The position numbers and the translations under genes were made by a program. Below the pieces are notes generated by a model. It made no database searches. It was not told where the DNA came from and was given only the letters and a program-made list of their open reading frames with translations. Source: Alloascoidea hylecoeti (Eukaryota). From it: DNA of 64,000 nucleotides. The stretch's first letter is position 1, and every line of letters starts with the position of its first letter. This document shows, piece by piece, positions 49,237 to 61,517 of this stretch. The DNA lies in contig BCKZ01000004.1 in the NCBI GenBank assembly GCA_001600815.1, positions 895,566-959,565 of the forward strand, in the 5' to 3' direction.

Positions 49237-51162
49237 ATGGATCTTAATCGCATTTTAGACGGCACCCCGGAACCTCCGATTCTGGATCCGTACATAGAAA
49301 GTCACCTAGCACAAGCGAATACCTGTGGTGAATATTATTTGTTAACGCCTCTCACCGATTATCAACAAGAGTTAACTGATCAAATTGTTTCATTGCATTA
49401 TAGTGCAATTTTGAAATATTTCAAACTTCAGTTTTCTGATGACCCACTTTTAGTTGATTCACTCAAGGTTATGTACTTGAATACCCAATTGATGGCCACT
49501 CACCCCTATTTATTGGTTGATCATTTGATGCCAAAAAGCCTGTTAGCAAAAGAAACTGCATCTAGGGTAATTTCAAACAGTGGGAAGTTTTCTGTCTTCA
49601 GTGATATATCTAAAATGATAAGCAAACTTCCTTTTAATATAGCCGTTATATCCCGGGAAGGTAGAACCATGGATTTAATAGAGGCATCATTATTAGGGAA
49701 GAAGGTAGGGATCAAAAGATATCATGGGACTATACTGAAAGAGTTAACAAAAATAAAAGAAGGAGCTTGCCATTTTCATTTATTTCCTTCCAAAAATCCG
49801 GAACATATGCCATCAAGACATGTTAAATTTGATTTAATAATTGCGTTTGATATAACTTATGATGAAAAAGAAGAATTTGTTAATGTTATAAGATTCTCAA
49901 ATCGCGAAAAATCAAATCCAGCTCCAATTATTCATTTAGTTTCCTTTGATTCGGTTGAACATGTTGTACTGAACTCCCCATCTATAAAAGGAAAAGATCA
50001 TAATGACAGGACGTTCCTCAAAAATGTTACCGCCGCTACTGTTGTTTTGAGAGATCGAGTTGGTAATATTCCCCCGGAATTGAGGCCTATTTACACACAA
50101 GAGTTATCTTATCTTAAAGAATGGTTATCTACTTGTTCAGGTCCATGGCCATTGCCTAAAATTCCGGATATTCGTGAATATACTTCAAAGGACGTTGAAG
50201 AATCTCTTCTCTCGGAGGTTAGGCACGAAGCAGCATCTCCATCACTAGATGAGAAACAACCAACATTTTATGAAACCAAAAGGCTAGAGAGAGACTATAG
50301 TTCCAATCCTTTGAAGCAAGATACTTCGATGCTAACGGGAATTTCTGTAATTACTCAGAAAAGTTATCAAACAATTTTGACCCATCAGTTAGTTCAAGCA
50401 TATACAGATACTTTTAGATTAGCATTACTATTAAAAAGGACAATAGAGTCTTATGATGAATATGAAGATTTAAGAATTAAGGACATTGAAATGACTAAAA
50501 AGGCAATGTCAAAGGTGTTAAATGATGTCATGTCTGCCGAGGCAAAATTGGCAGCAGAAATCTCAAAATTTGAGAAGAAAAAGGCAGAAATTATCAGGAT
50601 GGAGGATGAAATGGAAGAAATGGAGAAAGAAATTAAAAGTTTCAGTATTGATATTGATAATTTAGACGAAACCCACAAAATGTGGCTGGATAATGATAGA
50701 GAAATTGACAATTTGGAACAGCAATTGTCAGGTTTAGAAGAAAAACTCACGACTCGAAAGTCTGAAAGAAATTATACTAAAACTGAAGTTGAACATGTAC
50801 AAAAGTTGATCACAGAATCTGAGTTAGAAACAACGAAACTTAATAATGAAATTAGTGATATGGAGAATGAATACCAAAAGCATGTAAGCTACGTTAAATC
50901 TCTTAATTGGGATGAAGAAAGCGCCAAATTTGATGAAGAGCTCAAGATATCTAGACAGGAAGTCACAAAGCTTCAACAACAATTAGAGGACCAACTACAA
51001 AGGTTATCTCAAACTCCCAAACCTAGAAGCAGATTTACTGGAAGGTTAAGTTACGAACGACCAAGAACCAATAGTCCAAATGTTGGTGTTAGATCCAGGG
51101 GTCAATCTCCAGCTGTTTCTAATTCACATCCTTTACAAAATGTTACTATTTCACGATGGTAA
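49237..51162 (+). CDS. HDA3: HDA1 histone deacetylase complex subunit
   Basis: MDLNRILD..PEPPI, YQQELTDQIVSLHYSAILKYF, ATHPYLLVDH, C-terminal coiled coil; synteny with PRP4 and BET2. Confidence 0.85.
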   Translation: MDLNRILDGTPEPPILDPYIESHLAQANTCGEYYLLTPLTDYQQELTDQIVSLHYSAILKYFKLQFSDDPLLVDSLKVMYLNTQLMATHPYLLVDHLMPKSLLAKETASRVISNSGKFSVFSDISKMISKLPFNIAVISREGRTMDLIEASLLGKKVGIKRYHGTILKELTKIKEGACHFHLFPSKNPEHMPSRHVKFDLIIAFDITYDEKEEFVNVIRFSNREKSNPAPIIHLVSFDSVEHVVLNSPSIKGKDHNDRTFLKNVTAATVVLRDRVGNIPPELRPIYTQELSYLKEWLSTCSGPWPLPKIPDIREYTSKDVEESLLSEVRHEAASPSLDEKQPTFYETKRLERDYSSNPLKQDTSMLTGISVITQKSYQTILTHQLVQAYTDTFRLALLLKRTIESYDEYEDLRIKDIEMTKKAMSKVLNDVMSAEAKLAAEISKFEKKKAEIIRMEDEMEEMEKEIKSFSIDIDNLDETHKMWLDNDREIDNLEQQLSGLEEKLTTRKSERNYTKTEVEHVQKLITESELETTKLNNEISDMENEYQKHVSYVKSLNWDEESAKFDEELKISRQEVTKLQQQLEDQLQRLSQTPKPRSRFTGRLSYERPRTNSPNVGVRSRGQSPAVSNSHPLQNVTISRW

Positions 51163-51355
51163 ATATGTATCATTTTTGTGTGAGGCGAATGACTTATGAT
51201 CTGTAATTTACTGTGCTATTAGAATTGAACTCATCATATATTTAATTTTTTTATGTTTTTTTTTTTTTTTTTTTTAGAACAGGTTTGATTACCACGATTT
51301 AAAAATATTTATGACTTTATTTGAAACATTACTTTATAGTTAACTACAAGATTAA

Positions 51356-52867
51356 TTACAACACAATATTTTCGTCCGCCCATAACTTTACAGATTTATC
51401 CCAACCACTACTTGCAATGAATTGACCATCGGAAGAAATATCAACACTGATTACTCTATCTGAATGTCCTTTTAAGTTGGCAACATTAAGCCAATTATCA
51501 GCACTAAAAATTTTCACGCTGCGATCATACGAACTGGAGGCTAGATATGTTCCATTCGTTTTCATTCCCTCGAGCTCATTATCTGCTCTGAAGAATTTTA
51601 GATCCGATACCATTTTTTTATGGGCTGGGATAGTTGCTTCTGTTTTAACAGCTCTTATATCCCATATTTTAATTGTGCAATCTCCACTACCTGTAGCAAC
51701 CTGATAACCATTTGGTGAGAAATCGAGGGCATAAATCTCTTTACAATGACCATCTAGAACCATTATAGCCTTTCCTGATCTTATATCCCATATCCTGCCA
51801 ATTCCATCAAGACCTGCTGAACCTACGAGAGCACCATCATCCTGAAATCCAATGGTATACACTTCTCTATCGTGCCCCTCTTGAAATAATAATTGTTGTT
51901 GGGTTTCTACATCCCATAATCTCCATGTGGTATCGTACGAAGCAGTCCCAATATACCTACCTGAAGGATGAAATCCCACTCGACAAATTCGTTGTGTATG
52001 ACCTTGGACGATATCAGTCTGACACGGTATTAGAGCCAATGGTTCATTTTGTTCTAGTGACCAAAATGCAATGTTTCCTTCACCTCCGCCACTAATTAAA
52101 TTTAATGCTGATGAAGTTTGAGTTTTTCCTGATTGAGGATGCCATGCTACACCACCTATTTTCTCATCATGTCCCTTTGTAAATTCTAATTGTGTTTCTA
52201 GATTTGGTACATCGAGAATCTTAATATTTCCAGTCCATGACCCTTCTGCTAACAACTTTGAGCTTGGAGAAAATCTAACTGCTGACACAGCCCTTCGAGA
52301 AACAAGCTGACTACCTAACAAGTTGTATTGGCTTAACTTTTCATTAATTTGACGTCTATGTTTAACCTGTTTCAGGATTGATATTGTTGCATCTTGTTTC
52401 TGTGTTATAATTCTCTTTTTTGCCTTTTCTAAAGAAAAAGTTGTTATAATTTTTCTCGCTTGTAAAAGTTCAATAGGACCATAGGAATAAGTTTCCTCTT
52501 CTTCATCGTCTTCTCCATCACCCATTTCTACATCTTCAGATCCTGTTTGTAGTGTTGGCTCATCGCCAAACTTTTCCATCACATATCTTTTCAACCTCTC
52601 CCTTCTATCAGCTTTGTCCTCTCCAAAATATGTTATAGGTTCTCCGAGATCTCTTAATTTCTTTCGGACTTCGCCATCATTTGTAGGTACAGCTAAATAT
52701 CGACTTTGCTGTTTTCTCTCAATGTCCTTTAGCATATCTGCCATCTTTTGACTGGTACCTCGTACTTCAAAGTTGTGATCTTCTGGGAGATCACTATAAT
52801 TGATATAACCACCTGTATTTGTATTTTCTTCATCAGGGACATTTTCTAATGTTGGTATTCTTGACAT
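51356..52867 (-). CDS. PRP4: U4/U6 snRNP WD40 protein
   Basis: VPTNDGEVRKKLRDLGEPITYFGED (PRP4 motif) plus seven WD40 repeats. Confidence 0.93.
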   Translation of the reverse strand: MSRIPTLENVPDEENTNTGGYINYSDLPEDHNFEVRGTSQKMADMLKDIERKQQSRYLAVPTNDGEVRKKLRDLGEPITYFGEDKADRRERLKRYVMEKFGDEPTLQTGSEDVEMGDGEDDEEEETYSYGPIELLQARKIITTFSLEKAKKRIITQKQDATISILKQVKHRRQINEKLSQYNLLGSQLVSRRAVSAVRFSPSSKLLAEGSWTGNIKILDVPNLETQLEFTKGHDEKIGGVAWHPQSGKTQTSSALNLISGGGEGNIAFWSLEQNEPLALIPCQTDIVQGHTQRICRVGFHPSGRYIGTASYDTTWRLWDVETQQQLLFQEGHDREVYTIGFQDDGALVGSAGLDGIGRIWDIRSGKAIMVLDGHCKEIYALDFSPNGYQVATGSGDCTIKIWDIRAVKTEATIPAHKKMVSDLKFFRADNELEGMKTNGTYLASSSYDRSVKIFSADNWLNVANLKGHSDRVISVDISSDGQFIASSGWDKSVKLWADENIVL

Positions 52868-53050
52868 TTGTAGTTTGTGATTATAATGTGAAAATCAACA
52901 ATAGTCAATTGTAGTTCTTCAAACTACAACAAATTCGGAATCATCTATTTTTAATTCAAAAAAACCTATTACTCAGCATGAATTATATATTACATAATCT
53001 GAGAATTACTCGCAAAACACTGTACTTAGTCCCACGCGTCAGCTATTATC

Positions 53051-54501
53051 ATGATGTCAGAAACAGAAATTAGGGAACAAAGCCAGATAGACAATGGTCT
53101 CTCAGCAGGTATTTTTGTTAAAATTAACCACTGCTTATTTGAATATCGTTTTTTCTAACAGAACCATTTGTAATAAGAGGAGATTGCATTGTATGATAGA
53201 CAGATTCGATTATGGGGACTGGAAGCCCAGGCAAGGTAAGTTTAAAAGTTAATGAAATAATTCATGAGCTGATTCTAACTGTTTGATATTTAGAATGAGA
53301 TCATCTCATGTTCTTATCATCAATCTTGGAGGAATTGGAACGGAGGTTTCTAAAAATCTAGTTCTTGGTGGTATTGGAAAAATCACAATCCAAGATTCTC
53401 ATAAGTTTAATCTTTCGGATTTATCATCAGGTTTCTTTTTTAGACCTGAGTACGAAGGTGAATATGTATGTTTTCAAAACTGTCAATTTGTTATGTGAAG
53501 CATACTAATAGACTAACAATTGAATAGAGAGTCAAAGCAGCACTTCCCCAAATTCAGAAACTAAATAATAGAGCAAACCTTACCATTGACACCGAAGAAT
53601 TGAAATTAGATGACTCTAAGTGGTTTGCTCAGTTTGATATTGTTGTCGCTACAGAACTCCGTTTTGATAAACTGGTAAGTAAATCTCATCAATCAGCTTT
53701 ATTTAATCATATGCATTGTAGTATTTCTAACCATACCCTAATAGCTTAAACTTAATGACATTACTCGAAAGTACAAGATACCATTTTATGCTTCAAGTAT
53801 CCATGGATTTTATGGGTTCATCTTTAATGATTTAATCAAGTACACTTTCACCTTGTAAGTATAGACTCTTTTCAACATTCTACATTCTATGTTATGCTAA
53901 CATTTCTTTTAGTGAGAGACAAAAACCTAATATTGAAACAAAAATTGGCCCAGAAACAGCTTCTCGTACAATTATATCAAGCAAGATTCGTAGAAGTGAA
54001 GAAGCTTCATCAACAGTCAAAGGTGGTCATGACTGGATCGAAACACTTACAAAGGAGGATAGTTTTAGTTCTCTTTCAGAAATTTTCAAACCAACCAAAA
54101 CTGATAATTCCACATTTTTAAGTGGAGGTGTTTTCAAACACAAATTAAGACCCCGTCAACTATTGAAAGTAACACCTATTTTGCCTCTTCTTTTTGCGAC
54201 ATGGAATCTCGACACCCAAGGCATATCGAACGAGGAAATCAAAAACATCGACACTGTGAAACTTAAGGAATTAGCGATTATTGAAGCCTATAAAAATGGA
54301 ATTCCATCTAATATTATTACTGATGATATTGTTGGCTCATTCATACGGAATTTACACGCAGACTTCTCACCATCAGCTGCAATTTTGGGCGGTATATTGG
54401 CTCAAGATGTCATTAACATCTTAGGTCAAACTCAACAGCCTTTGAATAACTTATTGATTCTAGATGGGGTTGAAGCCAAAGCTCCATTTTATACGCTGTA
54501 G
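53051..54501 (+). CDS. AOS1: SUMO E1 subunit; 6 exons (53051-53108, 53178-53235, 53294-53465, 53528-53674, 53745-53854, 53913-54501)
   Basis: EIALYDRQIRLWGLEAQARMR, GTEVSKNLVLGGIG, AAILGGILAQDVIN; synteny. Confidence 0.88.
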
Positions 54502-54851
54502 AATCAAGAGTTGGCCTGTAAAACAATGAATCACATAGCATATAATATTTTATATCTGTATTAAAAAAATTATGTCCTAACATAACGATGTCTTCAAAAG
54601 AATTGCTAGTAATCCTCTTCGAGTACTATAGTAGTTCTTTAATTCCGTAATTAAAGAGAACTCAATTCAACTCAATATTAATGATGCGATGCGACTACCC
54701 AATTGCAAGTTTATGTGAATTAACAGGAGTAAAATCAAAGAAAAAAATATTAATTTCGAAGTAAGCACTATATAAATTGGCAAATTAGCTACAAAATATT
54801 ATATTCAATATTCCATTTTTTTTTCTATTATATTAATATTGGATAATTGTA

Positions 54852-57128
54852 CTATGATGAACCAGCTACTGCTAATTTCGTTAAATGTTGCATAAATGTC
54901 TGTAAACTAACATCATCAGTAAGTACAATAGCTGAATCGACTACCGCACCACCATAAGCATCACCTGTATTTTGATATGAATTAGAAGGATTCAATCTTG
55001 ATAATAAAAATCTAGCTTGCGATCCACCAGCTTCAGTATCTATAAATCTCGGTAGTGGAAATCTATCAACCAGTAATTCGGCGGCTTCTTGTCTAGGTTC
55101 TTCCAAAGTAGATTTAAAATCTTCGTATTCTGGATCATCTTGATATCCTTCTTTTCTCCATGCAGCAATAGTCTCGCCATGATAAATTAGGATATGGAAA
55201 AACGTATCTAAGAGTAATATTCTATCAGGTTTGATTGAAACAGAATCTAATAATACAGGCTCAGGTTCTTGACCGATTCCAAAAGCTGTTAATGTTGGTT
55301 GTATCATAATTAATGAGTTTGTGACATCTTCTCTAGTCAATACATGCCTATAAAAAGCAGTTTCATCAGGAGAATTATTGAAAACTTGTAGAAATTGAGA
55401 TCTTCTCAGATGAAACATAAATTGTGGATATAAACTAAAGTTTGGTGCTAAGCGGAAACTTGCTGGATCATCTTTATGATAATCTGCGAATTTTTGACAT
55501 AGTCGAATCAACATTCGATCTGTCCATCTGATAATGTCAGGACCATCATCAACTTCAGCTTTAAATACAGCGATTCGAGACATTAAAACTGCAGCAGCTT
55601 CTTGATCAAATGAACCAGAAATGCTAGGATCTCCACCGCTACATAATTTCCGTCCAACAGTTGTAACACGAAGTCTATATGTACCACTAGCGTGTTGATA
55701 ATGTGTCAAGTATTGAATCATACCTTGAGATTGTGCTTGAACAATAGCTGAAGAAGAGGTGTTTGCAACATCAAAGAAAGTAGCATAAGTTAGATTTGGG
55801 GATGTTGCACATAATTTCCAAGAACACGTATTACCGATACCAACTTCAGAGTCACCGACTGAACTAGAAGACTTCTTTGCTGATACAGCGGGACCAATAA
55901 GACCAGATATCTTTAATTCCTTGGAGGTCAAAATCTCCAAAGAACCATTGAAGCCCATTAATAAGAATCCATCATCATCTTTATTGAACATTCTTAAGAA
56001 CGATTGTTTGAAAATTGCAGTTGTAAAAGCATCTGCCAGAATCATTACACCACCACTTTGGTTTGGTAAAGATTTCATTTCTTGAATACCGATTTGATCA
56101 TAACAACCAGTGAAAATATCAAAAGAATGACCTGCGGTTGTTAACCTAGCAGCAATACCTTCAAAAAAGTTGACGGATTTCTTATAATGTTTAGCATTAT
56201 CCTTATCAATATCATTATGGGATCGAATTGGCTCTTTCAATTGAGGACCTACAATCAACCCTGGACCGGTTGTTCCTGGACCACCAGCAAAAAGCATAAC
56301 TCTAGCACCACATCCACTAAAAGCAGTCTCCAACATAGAAACACCAATTGAGATAGCAGCACCAGTTGCTCTTAATGCTCTTCTGTCATTAGCGACTGGC
56401 CATGGGTCCTTTTCCAAATTTTCTAATAAATTGGTTAATTGAAAGTCGACTTGGTCCACAGGTAAGAAGAATCGAGTTGAGGAAATAGTAGGTCTCCCAT
56501 AGGCAGGTTTTGCAGCAGCGGAAGGACCTGAACTAAGCAATTCATTGATGAGAACTGGAGAATACTCCTTATCACCACGGAATACATATGATTTTGGACA
56601 AATTTCATATCCCAGATCATGAACATGAACCATAGTTCCATAAGTGATTAGACCAATTAAAGCATTTGGTGGCAACAGACTAAGCGAGACAATCAAGCTT
56701 TCCTTTAAGGCTGCTAAATTTTCATCATCTTGACAAATATCGACAATGTATAAAAAAACAGGTGGTGTTTGGACTGGTCTTGTGAGGATATATTCAATTG
56801 TCGAGCTCTTTACATCTAACTCAATTGGTAGATTATTTGCACCAATTCCTTCATATGCTGGAGGTAGCGGATTTCTGTTCATACAGAAAGGACATACCCA
56901 TAACCTCGCTCTGATGTCCAATTGACAGAAGGGATTCAGTACAGCCCGACAAGGAGTACGACAAGTAATTGGATCATATTGGGCCGTTGGCAAATCTTCG
57001 CGTTCTTTCAAAGGAGTATAAAGAGCACCAATCGGGACCACCGTCCTACCAGCCTCAATTCTGGTGGATGGGAAAGCATTCCAGGAAAACCTTAATCCGT
57101 CCAGTTCCTCGACATCCTCGAAATTCAT
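54852..57128 (-). CDS. SEC23: COPII coat subunit Sec23
   Basis: 758 aa, zinc finger [40 protein letters not shown]. Confidence 0.97.
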   Translation of the reverse strand: MNFEDVEELDGLRFSWNAFPSTRIEAGRTVVPIGALYTPLKEREDLPTAQYDPITCRTPCRAVLNPFCQLDIRARLWVCPFCMNRNPLPPAYEGIGANNLPIELDVKSSTIEYILTRPVQTPPVFLYIVDICQDDENLAALKESLIVSLSLLPPNALIGLITYGTMVHVHDLGYEICPKSYVFRGDKEYSPVLINELLSSGPSAAAKPAYGRPTISSTRFFLPVDQVDFQLTNLLENLEKDPWPVANDRRALRATGAAISIGVSMLETAFSGCGARVMLFAGGPGTTGPGLIVGPQLKEPIRSHNDIDKDNAKHYKKSVNFFEGIAARLTTAGHSFDIFTGCYDQIGIQEMKSLPNQSGGVMILADAFTTAIFKQSFLRMFNKDDDGFLLMGFNGSLEILTSKELKISGLIGPAVSAKKSSSSVGDSEVGIGNTCSWKLCATSPNLTYATFFDVANTSSSAIVQAQSQGMIQYLTHYQHASGTYRLRVTTVGRKLCSGGDPSISGSFDQEAAAVLMSRIAVFKAEVDDGPDIIRWTDRMLIRLCQKFADYHKDDPASFRLAPNFSLYPQFMFHLRRSQFLQVFNNSPDETAFYRHVLTREDVTNSLIMIQPTLTAFGIGQEPEPVLLDSVSIKPDRILLLDTFFHILIYHGETIAAWRKEGYQDDPEYEDFKSTLEEPRQEAAELLVDRFPLPRFIDTEAGGSQARFLLSRLNPSNSYQNTGDAYGGAVVDSAIVLTDDVSLQTFMQHLTKLAVAGSS

Positions 57129-57289
57129 TTTTTTGTAGGTTTGTGTTTCTGTCAGAGGTGTTGAAAGTTAGAGATCGGAAGCAGAAAGGACAGCGTAGAC
57201 GTTCGTGTGTACGTGCTGATATATACGCACCCTGGCCCACCACCCTTCGCGACTTCTACAAGTGCGGTAGCGGCGAAGTGCGATTGCCT

Positions 57290-58555
57290 ATGGTTATGCT
57301 TGAAATTCTATACGTGGGTGCCTTTCTCGGGAGACTTCTGGTACTCCACCAGTTTCCATCGGTATCACGCCTTCTGGATAACCGGGTGGAGGTCTCAACA
57401 CCAGTCACTTCTTATAAAAGCTTACTTGAAGGAATATACATGTTACAACATCAAATCGACCCATATGACGGAGGTGTGTTTCACCAATCTCCAGTTCTTC
57501 TATCGTTGTTCATAACAATATCCCAACAATGTGGCCGTTACTCAGACTTTGTTGTGAATTTATTATATGCTTCACTGGACATGCTGATTGCTTACAAAAT
57601 GGCTTCGATAGCAAAATTATACTCATCAAAGCACCCCGAATTTTATAAACCTTCTACTATAGTGTTGGTCTACTTATTCAATCCTCTCGTGATATTGTCT
57701 GACTTGTCAAAATCAACAATTATATTCAGCAATTTTTGCATCGTTTGTGCAATCGTGGCTGCCATCGAAGGTAGAGCGTTTAGAACCTCCGGTTTCTTGG
57801 CCCTTGCCTCACATCTTTCCTTATACCCTGTCTATCTACTTCCCCCACTGGTTTGTGCTATTCACGAGTCTAAACAAAGAAATTCTGGTTCTACAAAAGT
57901 ATCATGGTTGGCTTCTATCTCCCAAACAGTTGTACCATTCGTCATCTTCACCGCAACTTTATTCTACTACGGTTTCATGTTTACTGGCTCGTGGCAGTAT
58001 TTAGAGTCAACTTTTGGCGTACATATATTCTTCACAAAATTACAACCAAATCTTGGGTTATGGTGGTATCTTTTCACAGAAATGTTTGAATTTTTCATTC
58101 CATTTTTCCATGCATTGTTTCAATTCAATGTTGGAATTTATGTCTTACCAATTACATTACGATTACGACACTCACCTGTTTTTGCAACTGTAATTATAAT
58201 CGGGTTGTCCTATCTATTCAAATCCTATCCTGTTATTGGAGACTTGGGATTTTTTCTAAGTTTTATTCCATTATTTAAATACTTGACCCCATATCTCCGT
58301 TACCAAATTGTTTCGGTATTGGTCTTATTACATGCTTTTGCTTTAGCACCCACATTTTATCATTTATGGATCAATTTAGGATCTGGAAATGCAAATTTCT
58401 TCTATGCTATAACCTTGGTATTAGGCCTTGGTGTTGGTTTGCTGATATCTGATCTAATATGGGCTGAACTACGAGTAGAATATGATTTCCAAGCATCCGG
58501 AGGAAAAGGTAAAAAGGAAGACTTGCATCCAAAAGCTGGTATTACCCAGATTTAA
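57290..58555 (+). CDS. GAB1: GPI transamidase subunit PIG-U
   Basis: RVEVSTPVTSYKSLLEG, PYDGGVFHQSP, PNLGLWWYLFTEMF, GSGNANFFYAITL; first in-frame ATG at 57290. Confidence 0.92.
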   Translation: MVMLEILYVGAFLGRLLVLHQFPSVSRLLDNRVEVSTPVTSYKSLLEGIYMLQHQIDPYDGGVFHQSPVLLSLFITISQQCGRYSDFVVNLLYASLDMLIAYKMASIAKLYSSKHPEFYKPSTIVLVYLFNPLVILSDLSKSTIIFSNFCIVCAIVAAIEGRAFRTSGFLALASHLSLYPVYLLPPLVCAIHESKQRNSGSTKVSWLASISQTVVPFVIFTATLFYYGFMFTGSWQYLESTFGVHIFFTKLQPNLGLWWYLFTEMFEFFIPFFHALFQFNVGIYVLPITLRLRHSPVFATVIIIGLSYLFKSYPVIGDLGFFLSFIPLFKYLTPYLRYQIVSVLVLLHAFALAPTFYHLWINLGSGNANFFYAITLVLGLGVGLLISDLIWAELRVEYDFQASGGKGKKEDLHPKAGITQI

Positions 58556-58713
58556 GTAAATTTTAATGAGAAAAAATGTATATCATCTATTTCTATAGTC
58601 ATATATTTCAGAACAGTGTAATTGTGGGAACATGCTTCAATATTTCATCACCAAAAACTTGTAGATAATTTTAAGAATCCAAACACGACAATTTTACTAA
58701 ATCTCTTTCATTA

Positions 58714-59136
58714 ATGTCCGTAAGTTTTCTCTAATTAATATCATTCTCAAAATATACTGGTTATGCAACCATACTGACAATTATTTTTAGTTCAATCCTG
58801 TTAACCCTAAACCCTTCTTAACATCTTTAGTTGGAAAACCAGTTACAATTAGATTAAAATGGGGTAAAACTGAATATCAAGGGACACTACTATCAACTGA
58901 CTCGTATATGAATATTCAACTTGATAATGCTGTAGAGTTCGTGAATGGGGAAGAGAAAGGTGCTTTGGGTGAAGTATTTATTAGGTATGATAAATGTGAA
59001 TTTAAAAAACAAATTCGCGAAATTAATTCATAATAATCTAACCTTTTAATATCTTAGGTGTAATAATGTTTTATGGATTAGTGAAAAAGCAATAAAAGAA
59101 GAGGTGAAGGAAGAAGATACAAATATGGAGGAGTAA
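58714..59136 (+). CDS. SMX3: Sm protein F; 3 exons (58714-58719, 58791-58984, 59058-59136)
   Basis: [12 protein letters not shown]...[24 protein letters not shown]...[13 protein letters not shown]; absent from the ORF track. Confidence 0.92.
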
Positions 59137-59721
59137 CTTTTTGAAAACTTGGTATTTCTACAGAATTTTTCTACAAAATTAGATAAGATCATGGCCATTT
59201 GTAAGTCATTGGGTATTAATTAATCTCAGGTTTCTTGGGCACATTAAGAATTATACTAAAATCAATTACTTCCAGGGCTCAAGTGAACTAGACTTCTTTT
59301 TCATCTATATCTATCTGTATTGTTTTTAATTGCATTATAAACGGTATTTCTATGTAATATAATATATAAGACTATCATAGTATTGAATAAAAATGAATGA
59401 CACCGTTTCAATAGATTACAATGTTAAATGATTTTGGATCACGAACAACTATGAACTTGAAGCAGAGTCACAACTTGAACTAATCACAATACACGTTATA
59501 TTATTGATTTATAAGTAACTAATTACAACTATGAACTTTTATGTATTATAGAAAATGAAATTTAGGTTTTCAATTCACTTCATGCATATTCCATTATATT
59601 GGAATCATTTCCCTACATAATGGTTTGTTTATTTTTTTAATCTACATTTTCAAATATCCTTTATAAATTTTTATTATTGTTATTATTATTTTCATGCTAA
59701 TTACTTACAAATGCGACTATT

Positions 59722-61019
59722 TTAAATCAAGTCAGACAAGTAAGGTAATTCATGGATTTTACCTACAACAGCTAAATTTGGTTTAGTCAAAGATGAAACT
59801 GCCTTTTTGACTTCTTCCAACGTCGTTTTACTGTTAACCGTAGCAAGAGGTGAACCGATCAATGAGTTGGCGGTAAGGAATTCATGCTTTTCTTCAGCGG
59901 CCAAAGCATCAGCAAATTCAGCTTGAGCAATGGCTTTGCTTAATAAATCCGAGGTGAAAGATTGAAGGGCTTTGACGGCACCCTTGGCTGTAGCAGAAAC
60001 AGCAGAAGTTTCAGTACCAGAAATTGTGATTGTGAACAAACCAGAATCACCATAATCGACAAATTCAGACTTAGTGAAGACGTTGTTTTCAGAGCTGATG
60101 ATTCCTAATGGTGATAATCCAGTAGAAAAGTAAGCAGATGGACTGCCACCGAGACCAGCTGCCAAAACTTTGTAAGCAGATGATGGAGCTGAGACTGGGA
60201 ATGCAAGAGTGACAACATTGTTACCGGAAAATTTGATACGGGTTTCACCAGAAAAGCTTCCGGAAGCATTATCTTTCACTACTGCACCTGTTGGGAGAGA
60301 TGAAAATGCTGATTCACCCAAAAATTTAGCTAAATCGGCTTCGACAATTCCGGATCCAACAATAGCAATGTTGGATTTAGTATAGACAGAAGAGGCAAAG
60401 TTCTTAACTTGCTCTAAAGTGACTGGATTAGATGCATCGGCATACAATTGGTTACCAAGACCAGTGTGGAAAGCTGAAGCATGAACGGCTTCAGAAGCCA
60501 AAAAATATGGATCTTGAGCAGCATTTTCTGCTTGGACCTTAGCATAATGACCAGCCTCTTCAGTTAGCTCATGTGGTCGGAAACTTGTTTTAGCGAGAAC
60601 ATCACCTAAGGCAGTGACAAAGTATGGCAAGTTTTCTTTTAAAAAGACACTCTTAAGAGTAATTGCATTTCGGTCAATGGTTGAGGAAACTGAACCACCC
60701 AACAATTCAGTTTCACGGATCAAACGCAAAGCTGATCTTTCGGTTGTGTTCTATTTAAAGGTCATTAGATAAAATCATTTACATTTATTATTTCGTTGAA
60801 TGTAGATTGAACGAAGGTACTTACTCTGAATGCGAATTTTTCAAGGGTATGGGAAACACCTGGAGCTGGGGAGAATCTTGAACCTGCTCTGATGACAACT
60901 GATAACTCTGAAAGTCGACTTCCATCATCACGAGTAGAAATTTTAATTCCTTCAGCAGCAGTAGCCATAGAACGAACTCCCCGGAGGGCAGTTGGAATAG
61001 TACGGGTAGATCGAAGCAT
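59722..61019 (-). CDS. QCR2: Cytochrome bc1 core protein 2; exons 61019-60825 and 60750-59722
   Basis: Mitochondrial presequence, AGSRF..GVSHTLEKFAFR|NTTERSALRLIRETELLGG, C-terminal LPYLSDL. Confidence 0.92.
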
Positions 61020-61374
61020 CTAAAAAAACAGGTTAATTCTTTCCAATTAACAAATTATTTTGAACCACCATCACTTGTTGTACTAAATTTCCATTCTTCA
61101 TTCCTTGAATTAACGAATACCAAGGATTAGAGGAAATTTTCATTTGAACAATAACCATAATATCATCTTTCAAGCAAAATTGTATTTTCAACAGATCTGG
61201 TGGTTTGAGCCATAAAATAGCTAGGTATTGAAAACTTACTAGTACTGTTATTGAATTGAAGGTGTAAGATGAGCACCGCTGTTTGGGATATTTTCTTTAC
61301 TGTCTTCAAAGGCTCCCAAAAGTGTGAGGAGTGTTCTGTTTTAATGTATCTGACGGATTTCTTTTCAACTCCTA

Positions 61375-61382
61375 TGATTGGT
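61375..61382 (-). promoter_or_regulatory. Hap2/3/4/5 CCAAT box (ACCAATCA) upstream of QCR2
   Basis: Plus strand TGATTGGT; fits a respiratory-gene promoter. Confidence 0.55.
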
Positions 61383-61517
61383 CGATCAGTCCCGGAATAT
61401 CATTTGTAAATGTTACGGGATACTAAATCAAAACCCGGAATCTCAAACATCAAACATACGGCGTCCCATCTAGCTAACTGAAAATTTCCACCTACACTTA
61501 CAATCAGCTTTTTATAG

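Noticed and set aside
56969..57289. N-terminal extension of GAB1 overlapping SEC23 antisense
   Set aside because: Starts at TTG; PIG-U similarity begins only after the ATG at 57290
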